Below are positions 27,701-37,816 of a stretch of 64,000 nt of DNA, in pieces; position 1 is the stretch's first letter, and each line of letters opens with the position of its first letter. The stretch spans positions 8,496,634 through 8,560,633 of the forward strand of contig CP154954.1 of the NCBI GenBank assembly GCA_039621445.1, given 5' to 3'. Under the pieces are notes generated by a model. That model had not been told where the DNA came from. It searched no databases and saw only the letters and a list, made by a program, of their open reading frames with translations. Origin of the DNA: Euglena gracilis (lineage: Eukaryota). Both the position numbers and the translations under genes were made by a program.

Positions 27701-30700
27701 CTCTCACATACAACGTGGACAGCGTCATCCAGGGGGGAAATATGCAACTTGCATAATTTGCATTTTTTTTTTTTGCATAATCAGGTTTTCCTGAAATTTG
27801 CATTTTTTTTTGCATTTTTTTGCATTTTTTTTGCATAAAATATTTTGCCCTGGAAAAAAAATTTGTAGTTGGTTGCCGTATGTTTGGATTTTTTTTGCAT
27901 TTTTTTGCATTTTTTTCCATAAAACATTTTGCCCTGGAATTTTTTTGATTTTAGGCAGCAAAGCTCTGTTATATTCCTGCTTTTTCTCAGGGGTTTGATG
28001 CAAGTTGCATTTTTTTTTGCATTTTTCTGCATTTTTCTGCATTTTTTTTTGCATTTTTTTGACTTGCATAATTTGAAGGGCCAAGTTGCATCCCCCCCCC
28101 CCTGCGTCATCTGCAAAAAAAAAAACAAACGGCGGAAGCTGAATTGTGATGATTCCAGATCTTGTCCCATAACCCCGACCCACTACAGTGAAAAGTATTC
28201 AAAAAAGAGGGAGAGGGTGAGTGAGGGTCAGTGGGAGGGAAGGGGGGTCTGGGGGGGACACAGCCCCCCACCCCCTTAGTTGCACTAAGGCTTCTTGTCT
28301 GATTATGGCCGGCGCTAACTTCGCTTCTGGCCAAGTTTGCTGTGTGGTGAGTGGCCAGGTACCCCTTACACCAGTGCTTCTTTGTTGCTCCGCCTGGCCG
28401 GGTGAGCAACTCTGGTGTAATTCCAGCGCTGTAGGGACATGCACTCACCTTGTGTGGTTGGTGTGGTTCCCGTGGGTGGGTCTACACCCTTGCCCCCCCC
28501 CCCCCGGTGGAGGTGGTGGTGCCGATGGCCACCCGAGGCCGGTTCAGGAGGGGGGTCCACCCCCCCTCCTGGGCCGGGGGGGGGGGGGATCCGACCCCCC
28601 CGCCTGCCTGTGTGCCGAGCCCTTCCCAATGCAGGGGTGGCTTGCCCTGGCCCCGGCCCTGTGGTAAACGCCGCGGCCCGCATCGAGGCACTCGGCCACG
28701 GGGGGCAGATCGTCATCAGCGAGGCCCTGCTTCGGGCCCTGCCGGCCCCCCTGGACCCCAGCCAGGCGGCTCTGCCTCCGACTGTGGTGGCAGCAGGACA
28801 GCAGGGCATCGCTATCGAGCACCTGCCACTCCTGTCCACCTCCCCAGGAAACTGTCTTCCGACCTTGCTGACCTGCCCTCATAGAGTTTGCCTCCGACCT
28901 CTGCACGTGCTTGGCCTTGTTGTTTGGGCCCCATTCTTTACGCTTGAGATGTCCAGGACGGATGGGTGGACAGTTAAGCATTGATATCCCACACCAATTT
29001 GCTGGTTTCTGATCACAAATATGTGAAAAAAATCACGGTTCGGTAATGTTCTTTTGACCGCGGGGTCAAAAAATGTCAGTTTTTCCCCCCTTTGATCGGG
29101 GAACCATCCTCCATCCCTGTACTCGCTGACCTGTCCTCATGCTGACTTCTGTGGAAACAGTTTCCCGGGGGGTGGTAGATTGCGTGCTGTCAACTCCCAC
29201 GTTGTTTCCAGCAATAAGAAAGCAGACTGTGGCCAGCCTGTCCCCAGCGTGGGCGTCACCGTACCGCTTGGCGTGTTCCCGCTGCGTGGGGTGGCCGACC
29301 CCCCAAAGCTGTTGGAGGTCAAGCCGACGTGCCTGTTGGGCCGTCGCTTTCCCCCGCTGCGGGTGGAGCGGGCCAATGTGGGGTCAAAGATGGAACCCAG
29401 GGCCTCGTCAGAAGCCCCGGTGGTGGATGCCTGGTGTCGCAGCTGGTGGAAGCGTGCAGCAATTTTTTTGGAAAAAATTGTGACATTGATCCAAAATGGC
29501 ATTTATGAGCAGCCTGCCATTTGTCTCTGGTCTTAGATAATCAGCCAAACCAGAGCTGAAGGCACCCCAGGCAGCTGGAGACTGACAGTTTCCCAGTCTT
29601 GACCCTGCGCAGGCTAATTCGTTGGGCTTTGATCCAAACAGGTCAATTGTTTTCGGGAGCTTCGAAGATTTCCAAATGGATCTGATGTTTTTCCAGGGAC
29701 ATAGGTATCTGTAACCGAATCCATGCAAGTTAGAAAGAAGTTCTCAAGGATGAGAATTTTTCTGTGTGGTGGAACTCATCGGGCTCATGTGGTTCGACCC
29801 ATTTTGGGGGTTAGGTGCACACAGGCACCTAAAAATAAGCCAGCCTGGTGCTTCATAACCCCCCCCCCCAATACGACTGGATCCAATTTTTGGGTCTGTT
29901 GCTGGAAACCTCCAGGAAAGGGGAAGTCTTTTGGGGGGGGGTCTCGTTTTTGGGTTTTTTTTGACCGACCCAGGCCCAAAAACCCAGAACCCCCCCCCCA
30001 AATTGATATTCCATCATTTTCCTGACTGAAATTGGGGTCTTTGGTAATCCTTCGGGAAAAGTTTCACCGTCACGAGAGGTTTTAAATTTTGGGGCCTTTT
30101 ATTTGGATTTTTGATTGGTCGGCCTACGTGGGGGTCTTGCTTTATGGAGGACCTTATTTTGGGGGGTTTGGCACCCAAAGCTGCATCAGACACTTTCCAC
30201 GGAGAGGACAGGTTGCGGGCATGGACCTTGGGGGGGGTTCCCGGCTTTCCTCTCCAACATAGTCCAGGAAGGGAAAGAGGAACCCCACGTCTGGTTGCGA
30301 CCCCCAAAGGGCGACCACGCCCTGCCCAGAATCCCGACGATCGATGAGCTGCTCAGCGACAAGGCGGACTCCGATAACGGCCAGGTCAGCCCCGGCTCTG
30401 CCGGCTGTCCTCGGGCCCGCCCAGCCTGTGAAAGGGACAGGGTTGTTTGGATAAATTGTAATACCTGACCGATTTTCAGGAGCAGGCAGCCCATGACTGA
30501 GTCTACAGTGTCAATTGACAGCAACCCGCTCCTCAATTTTCTTCTTACCTTGGTGAGGATGAGCTCCGATAATGGTGAATGAACTATCATTTTCATGTCA
30601 CCATACTTTCATGTGGAAAACGCAAAGAATCTTCTCTACATACAGTTCTATATTGTGCATGGTTCCCTCAGAGGTCGGCAAACACCTTGGGCACCGGTCC

Positions 30701-33700
30701 CCATGGTTGCCCCTTGGTCCGCAAAGCGTCATACGGAAGCCACATTATGGATGCATCACTACATTCGGCCTTTTTGTTACGTCGAGTGAAGACCTTAAGC
30801 GCCAATGGCATGATGTGCCTGTGTTCCCCCCTTTCATATTGAGCCCGCGGTGGGTCTTTTGAAAAAAACTGAGTTTCAAAAATTTCGAAGCCGCCTTGCA
30901 GCATCACTCCAACCTCTCTCACAAGAGCAAATCAATCATTTGTCGTTTTCAATTGTGGCCAACAGACCAGCGCCTGTAAGGGATCCAATGCTGCGGGGTT
31001 GCTCTCCATTGCTAGTGTGGGGTGCTCATTTGACACGGGTGGGATGTCACGGGAGGTGGGTTCGTGGGAGGTGGGTGCCGCGGTCGGCCGCGGTCGGCCG
31101 CGGCCGGCCGTCAACCTACCAAAATGGGATTTTGGTGGGGCTGCGGCCGACCGCGGCCCTACCACAGCCAAATTTGGCTCTCAAAATTTTGAATTGGTGG
31201 GGCCGCGGCCGGCCGCGGCCCCACCATAAAAATATTTTGGTGGGGCCGCGACCGACCGCGGCCCCACCAAGCCAAAAGTTTGACAGCCGAATTTGGCTGT
31301 GCCCGGCCCGCCGCCCCACCTAAAATTTTTGTTGGTGCGCCCACGGTCGGCCGCGGCCCCACCAAGTGCATTTTTTTGGTAGGGCCGCGGTCGGCCGCGG
31401 CCCTACCAAAATGCATTTTCTGGTTGGGTCGCCATCTGCCACGGTCGGCCGCGGCCGGCCGCGGCCGACCGCGACCCCACCTCCCATGACTGTCCGAGCA
31501 CTGTTCAATATTTTTTCTTACGCAGGAATGCGCTCGTTCAAAAGTAATTTTATTTAAAAATATTCCCATACCGGGAGAATTTCTGAGGTTATTAGAAGGA
31601 ATAGGGTTAGGGTTAAGATTTCATCCCCAATGGTTGCAACCATCCCGCTCATCGTTGCTATATTTCCCTCTACAGGGTACACAGCGAACCCAAAGAGTCG
31701 CCCAACTAGGGTTAAAAACATGGGGGGGGCCCGGGCGAGGCGCCGAAGGCGCTGAGCGAGGGTCCCCCCATGTGTATTAACCCTAGTTGGGCGACTCTTT
31801 GGCTGTAGGGGGAAATTTTCCACGCGTTTTAAAAGAAACATTTTTTTTCTTATGCAGGAATGCACTCATTCAAAAGTATTTTTATTCCTGTTTGGTTGGC
31901 CTGAAAATTTCTCCGGCTCTCTGGTGTTACCAAATTATTGTTTCCCAGCATCCCGCCCCCTCCCCGTCAAGCCACACTCCCTTCCACATGGCAGTGGGCT
32001 CTGCTACTGTCTGCACTGCCCACAGGGAATACCTTTGATTTCTTGTTCGTGCATGCCATTCCTCTGCTCCAATATGTCCAATTACTGTTCCCACTGAGTC
32101 AGGCAGTTCACCTGAAAGTGCTGCTCGGACAGTCATGGGAGGTTGTGTCGCGGTCGGCCGCGGCCGACCGCGACCCAACCTTTCCTTTTTTCTGGGTGGG
32201 GTCGCGGCCGGCCGCGGCTGACCGCGGCCGGCCGCGACCCCACCGCATTCCATTGTGCTGCGGCGTGGGAGGGCCGCGGCCGGCCGCGGCCCTACCAAAA
32301 AAATTTTTTGGTGGGGCCGGGGCCGGCCGCCGCCCCACCATTTCTTTAAACTCCATCTTAAAATGTAACTGTGGTGGGGCCACGGCCGGCCGCGGCCCCA
32401 CCAATAAAAAATTTTGGTGGGACCGCGGTTGGCCGCAGCCCCACCTAAAAGAAGTTCTGGTGGGGCCGCGGTCGGCCGCGGCCGGCCGAGGCCCTACCAA
32501 CGGTCGCCCCACCTCCCGTGAATGACCACCCATGTGTCATTTGACACATCATTTGGCACATGTGTCAATGACCATGCCGTAGCCCAAGAAAATTTGTCCC
32601 ACCCCCCTGGGGGGTCCAGCCAGCCAGCAGCCTTCCAGCCTTTCCAGCCCCCCCCCCCCCTAAACGAGGATTTATTTATTTTTTTCCAGCTGCCCGAAGG
32701 GCGACTGGATGGCAACGGATTTTTCGCTTTCGGGGGTGCAAAAATGGGCCAAAAATGGTCAAACATGGGTAACATCGGGTGGAAAAGGGCTGGCCAGGAC
32801 AAATTTTGGGTAAAAAAATCAATCTTGGCAGTTTCTGGGGCATTGTTGCAGTTTCATTTTTTTGGTGCCCAGCTCCAGCCTGGGACCCCCAGGGGGGGGG
32901 GTCAGCCAGCCAGCCCAAATTTTCCAGCCTCTGAGCTGGACCCCCCCGGGGATCGTTAAAAAACACCCTGGCAGTGACACACCCTTCGGGACACAGGCTC
33001 ATTGCTTCAATGTCCTTGTAAGTAAGTAAGTCGGAAATCGGAGTGTTTTGGGAGAAGATTAGGGTTCTTGGAAGCTTTCGGAGTGATGGACACCTGCGAG
33101 TAACGAGCCCACAAGTTTAATATTTTTTTCCTGAAGCCTTCTGGATATAGGGTTTCGGGGGTTCCCATACAGACTGGGGAATTTGTCACCCGACGATTCA
33201 GCCAGCAGATGGAGGAGCAATTTGGGGGGAGAGGTGCAAATAGGGCAACCATTGCCTGGACCAGTCTACTGTTTAAGGGTTTGCAGCACCCCCCCTGGGG
33301 GGGGGCTGGATTGCAGCTGGTCCAGATTTGGCTACAGAAATCTTAGTGGACCCTTCCCCCCAGCGGGGCATCTGCTAGCAGGGCTAGCTAGTGGAATTTT
33401 TTTTTTTCAATGACCGGCGCGAAGCACCAACAATTTCTTTTGGACCCCAAAACTGGCCAAAAATGCCCATTTTTGGCCTTTTTTGACACAATTTTTTTGG
33501 GACAAAATCAGTCAAACCCCCCAAAAAACATCATTTCCACCCGGGCATGCAGCGCCGGAGGAATTTTTTTTTCCAGTCGGGGGACCCCCGGACCCCCCCA
33601 CCAGGGGAGGGGTGGTCTAGCTAGTCCTTTTTTCTAGTGTCCAGCAGAATAGCTCACCAGTGGACCCCCCCCCCCGGGGTCCTTAAGCAACAGCGTGGCC

Positions 33701-36397
33701 TGGACTGGCATTTGCTGCGGGGGACCAGTGGGGACAGGATCCAAATTCGTTCCAGATGAACACCCCGCATCTCATGGGTGGTGGGGGGGGTCCGACCACG
33801 CTTCCTGTACAGCCCCGCCCCTTTTTTGGGAGGCGGTTGCCCAAGGGCTGCGCCTGTCCGCAGCCGCGCCTGCAGTTTCCGTCGCCGTGGCACGGGGGAC
33901 AAGTTCGTGGACGTGGAGCCGTTGGCCCGCACCGCCCAGGACTTGGCCCAGAGCCACGCGATGGTCCGCAGCGGCGCGCTGCCGTGCGACGTGGTGGCCC
34001 GGCTGGGCGGCGGTGCCCGAAAACAAAAACTATCCAAACTGGAGAATGAAACGCCCTCCGAGTGCATAGCGAATAGTACAGGTTAGGCCATAATGTTATA
34101 TAGGTTATCATACAGTGTTGGTTCTGCAGTACAGCATAGTGCCAGCTCCCAACAGAATGGCGTTTGAACACACAAATGAAATAGACAGGATTTCCTGAAA
34201 CTTTATCCATCCTTGCTTCCACCACTGCCCGTTGCCAATATCTGCTCGTTTTGTACCACGTCATGGAGGACCTCGTGACCAGGCATTTGAAAGTCCCAAT
34301 TTGCATTTGTCGTCATTTAGAATTCTGGCTGGTGCATTCCCTTATTCTCCCTTAACCATCACCACTTATGACCTCCTGGACAGTAGTTCGTCAGCAGATA
34401 AATGGGTGTCGAATGCACAAAGATGGTGAATCGCATGTGTGCCTCAATATGAATCCAATGTATTTACAGTTGATTATCATGATATCATGTCTTGTTGTGC
34501 TATGCCAGCATAAATGGATGGAGTACATATTCATATTGCATGAACCTGAAAAAATAAATCATGTAATTATTTTGGAATACAACATTAGATAAATAGCACA
34601 AATGCAACTTTGTTGCAAATACACCTTTGTTGTATGTAATACAACATAAGAAAAAGAGTAAAGGTTATAGAATTTGAATAATGCACATAGTAGCAATTAA
34701 AAAAGCAATGAAAAAAGTGTTCACATGAGTACAGGTTCAGAGGATAGCTGGAAAACAAAAATTGGACCCTTACCAACATGAAAGTCTGATCTCTAAAAGA
34801 AACGAAAATTATTCAGATACCTAGGTGGCGGAAGGGCATAGGCAGAATTGGTGGAAGAAGAAATGGGCAGGATCTTTAAAATGTCTGAAAAGTATTTCAG
34901 CAGTTCCTTAGGAATGAAAAGGGGGAACCACTTCCACAAGAAACGACAAGAAAAAGTGCCTTGAAATCGAGGCAGCAACAGCTTACTCAGAGCTTGAAAT
35001 TTCGTAAAACGGAGAGGAAGAGGTTCCAATAATTATGGAAAAACAAAGAGATGTTTTGAGAAAATTTGTTTTGCAAATGAAAACAAAACATTGAGTACCC
35101 GAAAGTTTTCATGCCATTGCAAATTTTGTGACTCACAATAACTTAACATTACACGGCTGAATCCTTAAAATGTCTTTGAAAACTTTGGGTGGTTCCCTTG
35201 AAATCATCCAGATATATTTGAACGACATTTTGGCGAAAATTTATTCCGATAAAATGAGAATGCCAAAATGGCCCATAAATGATTTTTACCATAATAAAAA
35301 ACAGCACCTTTGACAGAATGGCAATAATAATTATTAAATTAATCACTAAGAATCCGAAAAATCAAATTCTTTGACTCATTTTTATATTTTTGAAGGACCT
35401 ATTCTTTGAGTCAATATTTTCACTACGGTTCCAGAAAACAGCTGAAAAAAAAAGGGACATACATGGACATTGGGACATATTTTCAGCAACCGACTCCAAA
35501 AATCACACATAAATTTTGGATTAAAGTTTGCGGGTTTAATGTTTGTGAAAATTTCACTTTCACAAAAAATCCCTTTTTGATAAGAAAAAATTTGATAAGA
35601 AATGAGGAAAAATTATTATGACCATGTGCTTCACAATGCCTCACTCACAAAAATGATCCTGGGGTTATTAAGTGAGCATTGGTTTTGTACAGGGGAGAGG
35701 AGGGGGGGTCCGACCAGTCCGGGGACCCCCTGGAACCGAATATTTTTCCTGCCGACTTTTTCAGATTTATGATTGTATCAACTGTTTTTTGTCAATTTGG
35801 TGAAACAGTCGGAGCCCCTCAAAGTCCTTTCTGGCGCTTTGTGCCAGTTTTTTTTTTTTAAACCCAGGGGGAGCCCCCCCCCTCTCACTTCATAATTATA
35901 CCCTGCTGGGTGTGCCCTCCCCCTCCTGTCAGTCTTCGGGTCTGTGCCACGTGCGCAGTCCGTGCCTGCCCCGGACGCCACTCGCCCCGCAGCAGTTTGC
36001 CGCCGTGACGAAGGCGCTGGCGAAGGGCTGGGGCGTGGCCCCACCGAAGACGAAGGCCGACCTCGGCGCCAGCGGCCTGTGGCTGATGCAGCGCCTGTCG
36101 GAGGCCAGGGTGGCCCTGCTCCGATTGTTGCCACAGAGCTTCTTTGCCTCAAATTGTGTGTGTGAATGTATGTGTGTGTATGTATGTGTGCATGTGTGCA
36201 TGCCTGTGTGCATGTATGTGTGTGTGTGTGTGTGCGTGTGCGTGCGTGCGTGCGTGTGTATGCATGCATATGTATGTGTATATGCATATGTGTGTATGCA
36301 TGCACATGTGTGGGTATGCATACACATGTGTGTGTGTGTGCATGCATATTTGTGTGTATGCATGCACATGTGTGCATGCATATGTGTGTATGCATGC

Positions 36398-36441
<44 letters not shown>

Positions 36442-36831
36442 CGTAGGTGATGCACACAAAGGGGCAGGCTGTGAGCGTTTCTGCATTTGTGTGATCACTA
36501 ACCCATCTGAGCCCATCTTTCCAAAGGTTGTTTTCCCAGATGTTTATTTTTGACATCCTTTTAATGTGATGTTTTTCAGTTGTTCGTTTTTTTAGAACGT
36601 TTTTTCAGGCTTCTGAAGACAAGAAGAATCGCTTTCCGGATTTTTATTCCAAGTTGAAGGCAGCTGCCATTTTTATAACAAACTTGCCAGAACCTGGGCT
36701 TCCTGGGCTGGTCTCCCTGGTGCCAACGACCAAAGTGTTGGCATATTTTGGTCAACTGCACCAGATGGCCCCGAATGCCCCGCAGCGAACAGAGTCCGCG
36801 ATTCAGGATTCGGAGAGCCACGCGTGCTGAG
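4120..36831 (+). CDS. Multi-exon receptor-type (trypanosomatid-like) class III adenylyl cyclase: TM - extracellular region - TM/HAMP-like - cyclase; 5' and 3' limits approximate
   Basis: Joined exons read ...[75 protein letters not shown]...[57 protein letters not shown]...|[19 protein letters not shown]...RRFPPLR. These match the FTDIxSST, EVKTxGDSFM, [15 protein letters not shown], NxAAR and LRGV motifs of euglenozoan receptor cyclases. Confidence 0.9.
4879..5815. mobile_element. TIR element
   Basis: cttaggcggcc..aactcgca / tgcgagtt..ggccgcctaag; no clear TSD. Confidence 0.6.
5938..6045 (+). CDS. Cyclase exon (extracellular), boundaries approximate
   Basis: GC3-rich frame [35 protein letters not shown]. 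Confidence 0.6.
7441..7552 (+). CDS. Cyclase exon (extracellular)
   Basis: [37 protein letters not shown]; followed by gac-CTG intron start. Confidence 0.7.
7675..8027. mobile_element. TA-flanked MITE, family A (Tc1/mariner-pogo-like)
   Basis: TA|Cn..acttataaacccc ... ggggtttataagt..Gn|TA; related copies at 45413-45768, 47607-47971 and a partial at 3110-3310. Confidence 0.75.
8547..8614 (+). CDS. Cyclase exon
   Basis: (W)[22 protein letters not shown]; in frame after CAG-tttct|gg. Confidence 0.7.
8696..8778 (+). CDS. Cyclase exon
   Basis: [27 protein letters not shown](W). Confidence 0.7.
8779..9070 (+). other. Non-conventional intron that is a MITE (8782-9065) with a perfect 8-bp TSD
   Basis: TSD ggctggac at 8774-8781 and 9066-9073; TIR caggcttgtgctta / taagcacaagcatg; removal gives [11 protein letters not shown]. 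Confidence 0.85.
9071..9098 (+). CDS. Cyclase micro-exon (28 nt)
   Basis: (W)TLPEDGLLH between two paired-end introns; frame continuous on both sides. Confidence 0.7.
9350..9415 (+). CDS. Cyclase exon (3' end uncertain)
   Basis: [22 protein letters not shown] after CTG-tggct|g. Confidence 0.6.
9805..11025. mobile_element. Two abutting TA-flanked MITEs (9805-10469 and 10468-~11025)
   Basis: ccccaaatataagacacc / repeated ggtgtcttatatttgggg subterminal units; shared TA at 10468-10469. Confidence 0.7.
11262..11663. mobile_element. TA-flanked MITE, family B
   Basis: ccctaataagtgc / gcacttatta.ggg TIRs; highly similar copy at 50900-51298. Confidence 0.8.
12230..12379 (+). CDS. Cyclase exon
   Basis: [50 protein letters not shown]; missed by the ORF track. 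Confidence 0.7.
14051..14193 (+). CDS. Cyclase exon (extracellular, Cache-like by appearance)
   Basis: [49 protein letters not shown]3-rich. Confidence 0.65.
14528..14929. mobile_element. Intronic MITE with perfect 8-bp TSD acccgggg
   Basis: caggccattgct / agcaatggcctg; related in reverse orientation to 33262-33697. Confidence 0.85.
15312..15408. repeat. (TG)n microsatellite
   Basis: Directly visible. Confidence 0.95.
16179..18077 (-). pseudogene. Decayed intronless coiled-coil-rich ORF(s), probably mobile-element derived
   Basis: [30 protein letters not shown]... from ATG 18077, continuing through ORF pieces 17141-17608, 16597-17268 and 16179-16511 with stops and frameshifts. Confidence 0.55.
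21020..21123 (+). CDS. Cyclase exon leading into the second TM helix (approximate)
   Basis: [30 protein letters not shown]. Confidence 0.55.
23886..24027 (+). CDS. Cyclase exon, end of TM2 and HAMP-like linker
   Basis: [30 protein letters not shown]...PNVFR. Confidence 0.75.
24535..24600 (+). CDS. Cyclase exon (linker)
   Basis: [22 protein letters not shown]; 66 nt, in frame on both sides. Confidence 0.8.
24717..24759. repeat. (ATT)n microsatellite
   Basis: Directly visible. Confidence 0.95.
24869..24983 (+). CDS. Cyclase catalytic exon 1
   Basis: [38 protein letters not shown]. Confidence 0.9.
25483..25559 (+). CDS. Cyclase catalytic exon 2
   Basis: [26 protein letters not shown]. Confidence 0.9.
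26328..26501 (+). CDS. Cyclase catalytic exon 3
   Basis: [38 protein letters not shown]...DDYR. Confidence 0.9.
26918..26949 (+). CDS. Cyclase catalytic micro-exon 4
   Basis: [11 protein letters not shown]. Confidence 0.9.
27104..27164 (+). CDS. Cyclase catalytic exon 5
   Basis: [20 protein letters not shown]. Confidence 0.9.
27730..28104. mobile_element. Intronic MITE with 7-bp TSD (cgtcatc) and tgcatttt internal repeats
   Basis: cagggggg..atgcaacttg / caagttgcat..ccccctg. Confidence 0.8.
28655..28759 (+). CDS. Cyclase catalytic exon 6
   Basis: [35 protein letters not shown]. Confidence 0.9.
28760..29245 (+). other. Non-conventional intron with relic TSD 7/8
   Basis: accccagc-CAGGC ... 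GCCTG-tccccagc; removal gives PLDPSVGV. Confidence 0.8.
29246..29394 (+). CDS. Cyclase catalytic exon 7
   Basis: [49 protein letters not shown]. Confidence 0.85.
30330..30378 (+). CDS. Cyclase C-terminal exon (3' end uncertain)
   Basis: (E)[16 protein letters not shown] after GCCCTG-cccag|a. Confidence 0.65.
31048..32520. mobile_element. Composite fold-back element with ccgcggccg-rich arms
   Basis: Ends cacgggaggtggg / cccacctcccgtg; inner junctions ctcccatgactgtccgagca / tgctcggacagtcatgggag are inverted. Confidence 0.7.
32573..32970. mobile_element. Intronic MITE related to the 58888-59195 intron element
   Basis: Shared 3' end gagctggaccccc..ggg..tcgttaa; TSD tcaatgac vs gcagtgac (6/8). 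Confidence 0.6.
33262..33697. mobile_element. Intronic MITE with perfect 8-bp TSD gcctggac
   Basis: cagtctactgtttaagg / ccttaagcaacagcgtg. Confidence 0.8.
33856..33999 (+). CDS. Cyclase C-terminal exon
   Basis: [50 protein letters not shown]3-rich. Confidence 0.65.
35990..36130 (+). CDS. Cyclase C-terminal exon (approximate)
   Basis: [46 protein letters not shown]. Confidence 0.6.
36154..36439. repeat. Degenerate (TG/TA/CA)n purine-pyrimidine tract
   Basis: Directly visible. Confidence 0.9.
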
Positions 36832-37107
36832 CTCCCGAATTTGGAACAGCTCTTCCCCTAATGCAGCTATGCATGTCAACTGGACCTTGCTGCAAGTCCA
36901 TCAAAGTGCACGAGCTGTCTCTCCCCTGTTTCCTCACAGACTCCTAAGACTAAATAAGAGTACTCATTTTAATGTTTGAACATTTTTTTGATATCGGTAG
37001 GATTGTTTGAGTCTGCGCCATTTTCGATGTGGGCGACTCTTTGATGTGATCAAACCCAACCCCCCCCCTTGTGATGGCATCAGATTTGTGCGATTGTATC
37101 AGTTTCT

Positions 37108-37816
37108 CTCAGAACAGCTCATCACTGTCTCCCTGAAACCAAAGGGAGAAAGTTCAACTTTTCAGTACAAATCCTAGCCTCTGTTTCCAACCCCTCCCCT
37201 TACCTGGCCGATCCTGCACTTAAGCTTTTTCGTGTCCTTGCGTGCAATTGTGCAAATTCCTAATTTCTCCAGCAAGGCAGTTTGCTTTGGGTGGTGGATT
37301 TCGACGCTGCCTTCCTTGGCTTGCTGGTTGTGCCTAATCACACTCACTGGGTGGGCTGGATTCAGACCTTTGGGGCCAGATTAACAATTTATGATTGCAA
37401 CCGTCCGGAGGTGAGTTGCTGCAATTTCGTCAATTCATTTCATTTTGCTTTTTTTTTAAATTTTTGTTTCAGCATCCCAATGCCGTTTATCGTGTACAAA
37501 TTCGACGAAAACTTTCCACGTTTTTGCAGCAGTGGCCATCTGGCACATTCGACTCGTTCATGTCGTTCGCTCGTTCACCACTCCTGTCCTTCTCTGCGGT
37601 GACACTCTCAGCTGTAGGCATTTGAAGCTGAAAATGGTGTAAAACCGGTAATTTACTTTGTCGTCACTCAGAACAGCTCATTACTGTCTCCCTGAAACCA
37701 AAAGGAGAAATTTCAACTTTTAGTAAAAGTCCTGGCCTCCGTTTTCAACCCCTTACCTGGCCGATCCTGCACTTAAGCTTTTTCATGTTCATGTGCGCAA
37801 TTGCGCAAATTCCTAA
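37108..37816. repeat. ~150-bp direct repeat pair (37108-37263 and 37667-37816)
   Basis: ctcagaacagctcat.actgtctccctgaaacc...cctggccgatcctgcacttaagcttttt present twice. Confidence 0.8.
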
